From positions 3,554 through 67,553 of the forward strand of contig JBDGTQ010000019.1 in NCBI GenBank assembly GCA_042216705.1: DNA of 64,000 nt, written 5' to 3'. A program made the position numbers and the translations under genes. The DNA comes from Halolamina sp. GTDB taxonomy: Archaea > Halobacteriota > Halobacteria > Halobacteriales > Haloferacaceae. The number at the start of each line of letters is the position of its first letter. Position 1 is the first letter of the stretch. Below the pieces are notes generated by a model. That model worked only from the letters and a program-made list of their open reading frames with translations. It was not told where the DNA came from and searched no databases. Of this stretch, positions 27,138 to 35,742 are shown in pieces.

Positions 27138-28304
27138 ATGCCATATCTCTTCGTCGGCGCGGGCCAAGCGGGGTGTGCAATCGTCGACGCGGTGTTCGAC
27201 CACCAGCGCATCGCACAGCTCGCGACACCGGTGGCGATAAACTCGACCATCAGGGACCTCCAGAACCTCTCGAACGTTGACCGAGACGCGTGGTACGGAG
27301 TCGCGAGCGGTGAAGGGCTGGTTCCGGGGACCGTCCCTGGCTTCGAGGAACAGGTGACGGGTGGGTTCGGGCGCGATCCGCGAGCGGCGGCCGACGCCGT
27401 CGCCGACGCCGGGCCGGAGCTGCGGGACGCCTTCGCCGAGCAGTACGGCGAGGACGCCCCGCCGTTCGCGTTCGTCTTTCTCGGACTCGGCGGAGGAACC
27501 GGCTGCGGAATCGCGCCGCGGGTCGCCGAGGCGGTCAAGTCCTTCGGGGGGCCGTCGACGGACGTCATCGCAGTCGGCGTGTTGCCGAACACCGCCGGAT
27601 CGACGACCGACGGCGACGATGCGTCCGCGGTTCGCCAGGCCGAGAACACGGTGTACGGGCTCGACCGTCTGGAGGACGCCGTCGACGGCGTCGTGCTCGT
27701 CGACAACCAGCGCCTCGCCTACGAGGACGCCGCGGAAGGACGGTTCAGCGAGTACAACGAGTACGTCGCCGCGGCGATAGTCGACCTCATCTCCGGGCCG
27801 GTGCTCGAACGCATCGACCCGAGTTCCTACGAGGACCTGGACGCGCCAGTCATCGACCTGCAGGACGTGGTGACGTCGCTGACGCTGTCCGACGGCGGCC
27901 CTGGGTACGCGACGCTGGGTCGGTCGGTGACGATGACGAAGTCGATGCTGGGGTATCTGCTCCCGTTCGTCGGCAACGAGACGGTCGACGGGGCGACGCT
28001 GTCACGGCTGGCGGTGAGCAAGCGGAGCGTCGCCGACATCGCACCGGACGATGCGATCAAGGCGATCGGGCAGGTCCGGGCACCGGCGCGATACATCACC
28101 GACGACAGCTACCGCATCGAGGTGTCGATGATACGAGGCCTGCTCGACTCGTACTGCCCCGAGGTGAACATCGGCATGACGCTGACCGAGCGCAACCTGG
28201 CGTCGTTCACGACGCTGTTGACCTTCGAACGTGAAGACGTTTCCCGCATCCAGGAGCTGGAGGAAATCGCCGACCGAGCGACCCGCGCGGAGGCGTCGCC
28301 GTGA
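27138..28304 (+). CDS. tubulin/FtsZ-superfamily protein 2 (CetZ/tubulin-like)
   Basis: 388 aa. T1 LFVGAGQAGCAIVD at aa 4-17, T3-like TGGFGRDPRAAADA, T4 FLGLGGGTGCGIAP (aa 115-127), VVLVDNQRLAYE (compare tubulin DNEAL), T7-like APVIDLQDVVTSL (compare FtsZ NVDFADV). Confidence 0.85.
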   Translation: MPYLFVGAGQAGCAIVDAVFDHQRIAQLATPVAINSTIRDLQNLSNVDRDAWYGVASGEGLVPGTVPGFEEQVTGGFGRDPRAAADAVADAGPELRDAFAEQYGEDAPPFAFVFLGLGGGTGCGIAPRVAEAVKSFGGPSTDVIAVGVLPNTAGSTTDGDDASAVRQAENTVYGLDRLEDAVDGVVLVDNQRLAYEDAAEGRFSEYNEYVAAAIVDLISGPVLERIDPSSYEDLDAPVIDLQDVVTSLTLSDGGPGYATLGRSVTMTKSMLGYLLPFVGNETVDGATLSRLAVSKRSVADIAPDDAIKAIGQVRAPARYITDDSYRIEVSMIRGLLDSYCPEVNIGMTLTERNLASFTTLLTFEREDVSRIQELEEIADRATRAEASP

Positions 28305-28558
28305 CCCGACTGCGGACGCTCCTCACGGGCGCCGTCGTGGTCGTCGGAGCGCTGGCGCTGGCGACGCCGACCGCCGGCGGCGGCCCCGCCACGACGGCCG
28401 AACTCGTCCAGTCGGTCGCGACGACCCACCAGGCCGCGCTCGACGCGCGGCGTCTCGCAGGCGACCCGCTGGTGGCCGTCGCCGGCGGCGCGCTCGGACT
28501 GGGTGCGGGTTTCGTCGGCGGCGGCGTGGTCGCGTACAGCCGTCGGGGGTTGCGATGA
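28301..28558 (+). CDS. small membrane protein (85 aa; N-terminal signal/TM plus C-terminal Gly-rich TM)
   Basis: GTG start overlapping the upstream stop (GTGA), and its stop overlaps the next ATG (ATGA). LLTGAVVVVGALALA and VAVAGGALGLGAGFVGGGVVAY are hydrophobic segments. Confidence 0.6.
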   Translation: MTRLRTLLTGAVVVVGALALATPTAGGGPATTAELVQSVATTHQAALDARRLAGDPLVAVAGGALGLGAGFVGGGVVAYSRRGLR

Positions 28559-29643
28559 CGCCGGCGACGCGACTGCTCGCGGTCGTCGTCACGGTGGCGG
28601 TGCTCGCCGTCACGGGGGTCAGCCAGCCGGTTAGCGGCGCAGCACCGACCGCCAACGAGAGTTCCGTCGGCGTCTCTGCTCCCGACGCACCTTGTGCCGG
28701 CGTCTCCGAGACGCGGCTCGTCGGCTACCTGCCGACGAACGAGCGTGTCGAAAGCGACAGGTCGCTGTACGCCGGTTCGGAAATCGAACTGTTCCTCTGT
28801 CAGAGCGGCGACACCGAGCCGACCACCACGTGGTCGATAACCGGCGCCGACGGCTTCAAGATCGAAACGGAGGGGGAGTCGTCGGTCACAGTCGTCGTCA
28901 CCGCCGCCGACGGTGCGGTGTCGCTCGCCGACCACGTCGAGACCGACTACTCCCTTTCGGGTGCACCGTCGTTCACCCCCGTCTCGGCGTACCGAGCGAC
29001 ATCGGAACTCGGAGACGAGAGCCGAACGCTGACGTTCCCGTCTGCGGAGAGTCGGTCGGCGTTCGTCAGCAACGAGACGGCGTTCCAAAACGAGTTGCGG
29101 GAGCTCGAAACCGTCCGTGAGGAGATCAACTCGACGAACGCGACCGTCGACGGCTCGCTCGGAGCGCTCCCCGAGGACGAACTCGAACGCATCAACGGGA
29201 GCATCGGTCCGAGTGGGAAGCTGGCGACGACCGCCTCCGAACTCAACAGAAGCGCCTTCGCCGCGGTCGACGCCGGCGACGGCGGCGACGCGAGCGCCGT
29301 CATCGAAGCCGCCGGTCAGCGGCAGGCGACCGCCCGTTCGGAGACGGTCGCAGCGCTTCGGGCGTACCGGGAGCGGCTGAGCGACGTTCGTCGCGACGCG
29401 ACGCGCACGGTCCGACTCATGTTCGTGCTTCCGCTGCTCGGTCTGGCGCTCGTCGGCGCCGGCGGCGGATACGCCCTGGGCCGGCGGGTACTCGCCGGAG
29501 TGGAGTACGACCAACAGGTGTCGGCGCGGGAGTTCAGTCTCGCCGACGTCAAACTCCCGCTCGGAATCGGGACGGCGCTTCTGCTCGTCGGCGTCGGCGC
29601 GCTCGCCGTCCTCGGCAGGGCGTTCTTGGGGGTAATCGCATGA
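28555..29643 (+). CDS. secreted, sequon-rich protein anchored by two C-terminal TM helices
   Basis: Internal ATG (MTPATRLLAVVVTVAVLAVTG...) of track ORF 28231..29643. Signal peptide. Sequons NESS, NETA, NSTN, NATV, NGSI, NRSA. C-terminal VRLMFVLPLLGLALVGAGGGYAL and LPLGIGTALLLVGVGALAVLG. Confidence 0.8.
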   Translation: MTPATRLLAVVVTVAVLAVTGVSQPVSGAAPTANESSVGVSAPDAPCAGVSETRLVGYLPTNERVESDRSLYAGSEIELFLCQSGDTEPTTTWSITGADGFKIETEGESSVTVVVTAADGAVSLADHVETDYSLSGAPSFTPVSAYRATSELGDESRTLTFPSAESRSAFVSNETAFQNELRELETVREEINSTNATVDGSLGALPEDELERINGSIGPSGKLATTASELNRSAFAAVDAGDGGDASAVIEAAGQRQATARSETVAALRAYRERLSDVRRDATRTVRLMFVLPLLGLALVGAGGGYALGRRVLAGVEYDQQVSAREFSLADVKLPLGIGTALLLVGVGALAVLGRAFLGVIA

Positions 29644-31718
29644 AACGACAGTGGAGAGCCGCGCTCGGAATCGGTGGCATCGTTCTCGGAACGGCCGTCC
29701 TGGGAGCCGTCGTCTTCCTCTACGTGAGCTCCCGAGTTGGCGTGTTCGTCATCGGCGGGGGCGTCCCACTGGCACTCGTCGCCTCGGTGGCAGTGTACGC
29801 GCGAGGAGTGACGACAAGCACCACCGGCGAGAGCGACTTCGTTCGTCAGGCCGCCCGCGACGCCGCCGAGTCGTTCCGCGAGGCGGTGACGACGACGGAC
29901 CGCCTCATGACGGAGTATCCACGGTGGGACGACGACCGCGTTCAGACCCGCGGCGAGCAACTCGCCCACGACTTCGCCGACGCGGGCGTCGACTTCGACC
30001 TGTCGGCGGCGACGTTCACCGTCGACTCGCCCGAGCGGGTTCAGCAGTTCGACCGCCTCCGGGAGGACGTCGACGACTATCGTGACGTCCGGGACGAATC
30101 CTTCCGTGAGTTCGCACGGACGGAGGTCCAGCGGCTGAACGACCTCGCGGCCGACATCAGCGAGGAGTTCCTCGACGGCGGTGGACCGATGGTCACGGAC
30201 GCCACGGCGGTTCCAGGCACGGGCGACTACGTCGACGTCGAGGCAGTCATCTCGACGACCGAGGACGACGTGAGGGCCGTCGTGAAGTCCGCGCTCGACC
30301 GGCTCGAACGGTCGGTCGGCGAGTACGACGCGAGCGGCGACGCGAGCCACAGGAACGCGAAGAAAGCGCGCGAACGCGCCGACGAGGGTGACTTCGACGG
30401 AGCGGTGTCGGCGCTCCGAGAGAGCGCCGAGGCGGCCAGCGGTGAGGTCGGCGGCTCGTTCGAGGCCGATCGGAAGGCACTCGAACGCCTCCTGCAAACG
30501 GTCGACTCCACAGGCGTCGCCGACCGGGTGTCACGGGAGTACGTCGAGACCGTCGAAGAGGTCCGCGAGACGGTGACCGACCTCGATTCGCCGCTGCAGG
30601 CGACGGAGCTCAACGACGCGGCGGCGACGGCGCGGCAGGCCTGCATCCGGATGGCGGCGGAGCTCGAAGGCGACCTCGCGGCGCACGTCGACAGTATCCG
30701 CGCGGCGGAGATGCCGATGGGGTTCTACACGGCGCCGCCGGCAGTCGGGACGGAGTACGAGTCGACGCTCGCCGCGACCGAGACGCTCACCGCGTTCCGC
30801 CAGGAGTGGCTCGCAGCGGTCGGCGACCTCATGGAGGCCGTGGAGACGGCCGAGCGCAAGGCGGCGGTCGCGGACAGCTATGTTCCCGTCTCCGAGCGAA
30901 TCGGGGAGGAGCTTCGCCGCGACGGACGCGCCGCTGCGGCCGACCTCCCCGTCCACGACCCCGAGCCGTTCCTCGAGCTGTACGCCGAGCAACACGACGA
31001 GGCGGAGTACGACCCGTCGGGGCCGGCAGTCACCGCTCCCGGCGGCGACGAGACGTACGCGCTGACGGTGACCGCGCGGACCGAGGGCAGCATGGGTGCC
31101 AAGGAACGGCTCACCGTCGCTGTCGAGGGGTCCGGATACGACGACGAGCGGACGACGGAGACGTTCGCGGCGGTCGAGGAGACGTTCGAAGACGTCCCCT
31201 ACGGCGACGTCACGGTCACGGCGACCGCCGACCCGGCCGACTTCGGCGACGCCGAGGACTCCGTCCACGTCGACGGCGACCAGACGGTCGAGTTGCTGTT
31301 GCCGGAGCGGAGCCTCCGAGAGCAGGTCTGCGGCGCCGAACTCGACGCTGTACAGTCACAGCTCTCGACGGTCGGCGAGGTGCTCGCAGAGCGCTTCGAC
31401 GAGGAGGAGCATCTCTCGACCGACCAGGAGTTCCCCATCGTAGACGAGTACATCCCCTGTCTGCTGGTCCTCTGGGCGGAGCAGGAGGGACACACCGCCC
31501 GCCGCGACGACGGGAGGGTGCTCGTCTACGACGACGACCAGTTCGGATCTAGATTGGAAACCATCGTGAACCACAACATCACCGACGGCGATTCGATGAC
31601 GTTCGACGAGATGCGAGCGAAGTTTCTCTCGGTGCCGGCCTCGGACGAGCTACTGGCCGACATCGTGACCGATATCGACGGGTCAGTCACCGTGCGTGAC
31701 GGGGAGGTGTACGCCTGA
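29640..31718 (+). CDS. membrane protein (two N-terminal TM) with large acidic soluble domain
   Basis: 692 aa. ATGA overlap upstream, TGATG overlap downstream. AALGIGGIVLGTAVLGAVVFLYV and GVFVIGGGVPLALVASVAVYA, then about 620 acidic aa without recognisable motifs. Confidence 0.8.
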   Translation: MKRQWRAALGIGGIVLGTAVLGAVVFLYVSSRVGVFVIGGGVPLALVASVAVYARGVTTSTTGESDFVRQAARDAAESFREAVTTTDRLMTEYPRWDDDRVQTRGEQLAHDFADAGVDFDLSAATFTVDSPERVQQFDRLREDVDDYRDVRDESFREFARTEVQRLNDLAADISEEFLDGGGPMVTDATAVPGTGDYVDVEAVISTTEDDVRAVVKSALDRLERSVGEYDASGDASHRNAKKARERADEGDFDGAVSALRESAEAASGEVGGSFEADRKALERLLQTVDSTGVADRVSREYVETVEEVRETVTDLDSPLQATELNDAAATARQACIRMAAELEGDLAAHVDSIRAAEMPMGFYTAPPAVGTEYESTLAATETLTAFRQEWLAAVGDLMEAVETAERKAAVADSYVPVSERIGEELRRDGRAAAADLPVHDPEPFLELYAEQHDEAEYDPSGPAVTAPGGDETYALTVTARTEGSMGAKERLTVAVEGSGYDDERTTETFAAVEETFEDVPYGDVTVTATADPADFGDAEDSVHVDGDQTVELLLPERSLREQVCGAELDAVQSQLSTVGEVLAERFDEEEHLSTDQEFPIVDEYIPCLLVLWAEQEGHTARRDDGRVLVYDDDQFGSRLETIVNHNITDGDSMTFDEMRAKFLSVPASDELLADIVTDIDGSVTVRDGEVYA

Positions 31719-32920
31719 TGGCCCGAGCTGACACCTACACGCGCTGGGGCATCGTCGCCGCCGGCGAGGGCGGCGGCCGCATCGCCGCCGAGTTCTTCGC
31801 CCGCAGCGACAACCCGGGAATCGACGACCGCATCGTCCTGTTGAACACGAACCGCGCCGACATTCGTAACACCATCGAGCAGGCCAACATCGAGGACTCG
31901 CTGGACGAGTACACGACGGTCTTCGGGTCGAAACGCGGCGTCGGCAACTCGTTCCTCGCCGGCGAGGAGTGCGCCAGGGAGGGCCTCGACGACATCGCTA
32001 GACAGATCGACGACAGAGCGCCCGACGCCGACGCGTTCCTCCACACGACGACGCTGGGCGGCGGCACGGGCAACGGCACCATCCCGTATCTGATGCGACA
32101 GTTCGACGCCGGGTCGGAGATGGAGACGCGACGGCCCTGGATGGACAGCGCGGTCCACATCGCTCTGGCGGCGTGGCCGTACTACGACGAGCCGGCTCAC
32201 AGACAGTTCAACGCCATCTGCGGTCTCTCCCGACTCCTCCGCCGGCGCGACGGCGAACAGAACGCCGACATGGTGTTGCTGGCGGCGAACTCCCACCTCG
32301 ACGAGAGCGGTGCTGCCGACAGCTACGACGCGGTCAACAGGCGGATTCTTTCGGCCATCGACCTGCTCATCAGCGCCGGTCGAGAGGCCCACGGCGTCGT
32401 CGACGTCGAAGATTACGTCGCCAAGCCGTCGGAAATCGGGGCGTATCACTTCACCCCGGCGGTCGGCGAGGGGCTGAACGCGAAGATGCTCGAGTTCGAA
32501 CTCCTGTTCGACCGCGCCGCCGAGAACGCGTTCGTTCCGATGGACGTGGGGACTTCGCGGGCAGCCTACGCCATCGTACGCGCTCCCGAGAGGCTGATCG
32601 ACAGCGGCGAGGTGACCACGAACGACGTCAAGAGCGCGTTCAACGACTGGAAGCGCAAGCACGGGCTGGGTGCGGCGGTCGGCATGTCCACGCTGGCCCC
32701 CAAAGACGACCGCAGCAACGACGTCGACGTGTTGTTACTGCTCGGCGGCTTCGATCTGAACCCCCTGTTGGAGCACGCGCGGGGGCGGTTCGAGGAGCAC
32801 AAGGAGAACCTCGAAACGGCCAGACAGCTCGGCACCCAGGCCGAGTCCGCGGTTTCGGAGGCGTACCTCGCCGACCTCGAGGACAACCTCCAGACGTACG
32901 TCGACTTGAACGCGAGGTGA
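31718..32920 (+). CDS. tubulin/FtsZ-superfamily protein 3
   Basis: 400 aa. T1 WGIVAAGEGGGRIAAEF, T3-like FGSKRGVGNSFLAGEE, T4 FLHTTTLGGGTGNGTIPYL, MVLLAANSHL, T7-like HGVVDVEDYV, in canonical order. Confidence 0.8.
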   Translation: MARADTYTRWGIVAAGEGGGRIAAEFFARSDNPGIDDRIVLLNTNRADIRNTIEQANIEDSLDEYTTVFGSKRGVGNSFLAGEECAREGLDDIARQIDDRAPDADAFLHTTTLGGGTGNGTIPYLMRQFDAGSEMETRRPWMDSAVHIALAAWPYYDEPAHRQFNAICGLSRLLRRRDGEQNADMVLLAANSHLDESGAADSYDAVNRRILSAIDLLISAGREAHGVVDVEDYVAKPSEIGAYHFTPAVGEGLNAKMLEFELLFDRAAENAFVPMDVGTSRAAYAIVRAPERLIDSGEVTTNDVKSAFNDWKRKHGLGAAVGMSTLAPKDDRSNDVDVLLLLGGFDLNPLLEHARGRFEEHKENLETARQLGTQAESAVSEAYLADLEDNLQTYVDLNAR

Positions 32921-32926
32921 CCGCGC

Positions 32927-35740
32927 GTGAGAGCCAGCACACCACGACTGCCCGCGGCGGTGACGGCGGCTCTCGTCGCCGCCGTCGTCGCCGGCGCCGC
33001 GATGGGAGGTGCCGTGACGACCCTCGCCGGCGTCGCTCCCGCGAGCGCCACCTCGGCGACGGCTCAGGCCGACGGCGACGTCCGACAGGCGGCCAACGGT
33101 GACCTGGTCGTGGAACTCGACGCCAGCGAGGTGAACGAGAGCAACGCAGTCACCATCGCCGTCGCCGACCAGACGTACGAGCGGCCGGGGTCGGGGAACC
33201 AGACGCTCACGTACACGGTCGCAGCCGGCGAGCTCCCGGACGGCGGCGTCGCGGACACGAACGTGACTGTCACTCAGGACGGGGACCGACTGGCGACGGC
33301 GACGCTCGACCTGCGGTACCTCCGTCTGAGCGACGGCCCGCGGTTTGACGACCGAGGGCGACTGGTGCTCAACGTCGACCGGAGCGTCGGCGTCGCGGGT
33401 GCAACAGTCAACCTGACGGTAACCGGCAACGGCGCGACCGAGCAGGTCCCGGTCGACGTTGGCGCTGACGGGTCGACGGTCCGGCTGGCCCGGACGCAGT
33501 CGTTCGTCGAGACGGCGTTGCTCCCTCCGACGTCGATAACGGTGGGTGATGCCGACGGCGGAGCGACCGTCCCGAACGAGGTCACGGTACCCATCCCAGA
33601 GACGGTGTCGTCGGGGACAACCGTCAGCGTCGTCGGCGACACGGTCGTCGTGGAAAGTCCGCTGCTCGTCGGGGGGGCGGAGTACGACGTGACGGTGCAG
33701 ACGACGGAGCCGAGCGGTGAGTACCAGGACCGTGCGACCGCCGGACAGCCGGATAACGGAATCGCACGACTGACCGTGGAGAACGGAGAGGTCACTGCGG
33801 CCAGCGAACTCACGGCGAGCGTGACGTACCGCGGTACGGACGTCACGTCGGCGACCGCGACGACGACCACCGCTCCGCTGTCGGCCACGCTGGAATATAA
33901 CGGATCCGGCGATAACGCGACGGTGATCAACGTCTCGGGGATGGGCGACGTCGGAACGGTCGAGAAGGTGCTCCTCAAGACAGCTAACGACGTCTACGCC
34001 GTCAACGAGGTGAATCGAGACGGGAGTCTGCTCCGCTTCCCGAATCTGTCGGTCACCTCGGGGCGGTACGAACTCGCTGTGATAGGCGCCGACGGGACGG
34101 CTCGGCTCACCGTCGGCGAGGGAGCACTCGGCGAGGTCGGCGGAGACGAAGCGATATCGTCGGGGAGCGACTCGGGCGTCGGCCGCTCATCCGGCACGTC
34201 GCTGTCGCCGCGGAACGTTCTCGTCGTGCTGGTGGCGCTTGTTCTCGGCGGTGGTGGCGTGTACGCCTTGCTCTCCGTGGCACCTGGAGGGTCGGGCGGA
34301 CGACGCAGGTCACGACGGGCCGGCGGCGCTCGGACCGCCTCGGTGCAGGTGACGGTCCGGGACGAACAGACCGGCCACCCGGTCGACGGGGGCCGCGTCG
34401 TCGCCCGGAAGGCGGGGCGCAACGAGTTCAATACCGAGGGGCCGGCTGCGTCGGCCGAACTCGTCGACGGGACGGCCGACCTCACGCTCGAACCCGGCCC
34501 CAGCTACAGGGTCGAAGCTCAGTACGGCGGCACGACCGCCGTCGAGCGGGTCGAAAATCTCGCGAGCGACCGCCAGTTGTCGATTTCGTTGCCGCCACTG
34601 CGGACGCAGTTGTCCGTCGTCGACGACCGCAGCGAGCCGGTGACCGAGGCGGACGTGTCGTTGACGGGCGCCGACGTGTCGGGCGAGCGTGCCGTCCGGG
34701 ACGATGGCACCATTCAGCTGAAGCTGTCGCCGGTGCAACGCGACATCACTCTCACGGTCGAACACGACCGCCTGACCGACGAGACGGTCCACGTGGACGA
34801 GCCCGCGGACCTGCCGAGCAGAGTCGTGCTCGGCGTCCCGACCGGGTCGGTGACGGCGTCGCTGTCGATAGACGGCGAGGCGACCGACTGCGGGCGGATC
34901 GAGCTCGAACCTGCCGAAGGGTGGTTACGCGACCGCGTCGACGTCGAGTACGCCGAGGTCTCCGACGGGGAGGTCAGCTTCGAGAGCCTCCCGGCCGGGG
35001 CGTACGAGGTGACCACCGCCGTCGGGGGCGAACAGTTCGACACGGCGACGGAGACGGTGCGCGTCCAGAACGGGGGTCGCGCTCGGGCACGGCTGGACGT
35101 CAGCTTCGAGTACGACCTCTCGGCCGACCAGCGGAACCGACTCGCGGAACTGCAGACGGCCGCGGACGACCTCGTGCCGACGAGTCAGCTCGACGGGGCC
35201 GTCCACCGCTACTACGCCAGCGTCGTTCGGTCGCTGGTGAGCGAAATCGAGCGGGTGCCGCGGCTCGGCGCGCGCTTCGCCGGCGCGGACGTCGGCCCCG
35301 ACGAGACCGTCGAGGCGCTGCTGTGGGCCGGCGAGTCGCTGCTGGACATCATCGACCCGGCGCTGAACACGAAGCACAACGTCGACCTCTTCAGCGCGTG
35401 TGCGAACATGCGCCAGGCGGACATCCGCTGGGAAAGTGGTTACGAGCTCGACTCGTTCTTCGAGTTGGCCGCGGCCGACCGCGGCGAACAGCGGTCCCGG
35501 CTGCGGGCGGCGCTGTCCGAGGCCGAGTCGACGGTCGAGGCGGAGCGGTCGGAGGTGACCGTCGCCTCCCCGGCCCGGGCCGTCATGGACGAGCTTCAGT
35601 CGCACGTTCAGGACACGCGGGAGTCCGACGAGGTCCGCCACGCGGCGCTGACCGTCGTCGTCGTCGGCCTGGCCGACGCGGTGGAAACGCTGTTCGACCA
35701 TCCGGAACTCCGGGACCGACTCAACAGGACGGTGTACTGA
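32927..35740 (+). CDS. large bitopic envelope protein: signal peptide, about 420-aa sequon-rich ectodomain, one TM, about 490-aa cytoplasmic domain
   Basis: 937 aa, GTG start. Signal AAVTAALVAAVVAGAAMGGAV. Sequons NESN, NQTL, NVTV, NLTV, NGSG, NATV, NVSG, NLSV all precede the TM VLVVLVALVLGGGGVYALLSV, which is followed by RRRSRRAGGAR (positive-inside). Then beta-sandwich-like repeats (VQVTVRDEQTGHPVDGGRVVA...) and a helical tail. Confidence 0.85.
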   Translation: MRASTPRLPAAVTAALVAAVVAGAAMGGAVTTLAGVAPASATSATAQADGDVRQAANGDLVVELDASEVNESNAVTIAVADQTYERPGSGNQTLTYTVAAGELPDGGVADTNVTVTQDGDRLATATLDLRYLRLSDGPRFDDRGRLVLNVDRSVGVAGATVNLTVTGNGATEQVPVDVGADGSTVRLARTQSFVETALLPPTSITVGDADGGATVPNEVTVPIPETVSSGTTVSVVGDTVVVESPLLVGGAEYDVTVQTTEPSGEYQDRATAGQPDNGIARLTVENGEVTAASELTASVTYRGTDVTSATATTTTAPLSATLEYNGSGDNATVINVSGMGDVGTVEKVLLKTANDVYAVNEVNRDGSLLRFPNLSVTSGRYELAVIGADGTARLTVGEGALGEVGGDEAISSGSDSGVGRSSGTSLSPRNVLVVLVALVLGGGGVYALLSVAPGGSGGRRRSRRAGGARTASVQVTVRDEQTGHPVDGGRVVARKAGRNEFNTEGPAASAELVDGTADLTLEPGPSYRVEAQYGGTTAVERVENLASDRQLSISLPPLRTQLSVVDDRSEPVTEADVSLTGADVSGERAVRDDGTIQLKLSPVQRDITLTVEHDRLTDETVHVDEPADLPSRVVLGVPTGSVTASLSIDGEATDCGRIELEPAEGWLRDRVDVEYAEVSDGEVSFESLPAGAYEVTTAVGGEQFDTATETVRVQNGGRARARLDVSFEYDLSADQRNRLAELQTAADDLVPTSQLDGAVHRYYASVVRSLVSEIERVPRLGARFAGADVGPDETVEALLWAGESLLDIIDPALNTKHNVDLFSACANMRQADIRWESGYELDSFFELAAADRGEQRSRLRAALSEAESTVEAERSEVTVASPARAVMDELQSHVQDTRESDEVRHAALTVVVVGLADAVETLFDHPELRDRLNRTVY

Positions 35741-35742
35741 TC

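Noticed and set aside
23891-32920. Interpretation of the three tubulin-like genes as the canonical FtsZ1/FtsZ2/CetZ housekeeping set
   Set aside because: T4 loops deviate (KGTGCG, GGGTGCG, GGGTGNG). One carries a zinc finger and a 100-aa N-terminal extension. All three sit in membrane-protein operons, unlike the usual context of ftsZ/cetZ. A distant CetZ relationship for paralogue 2 remains possible and needs phylogeny.
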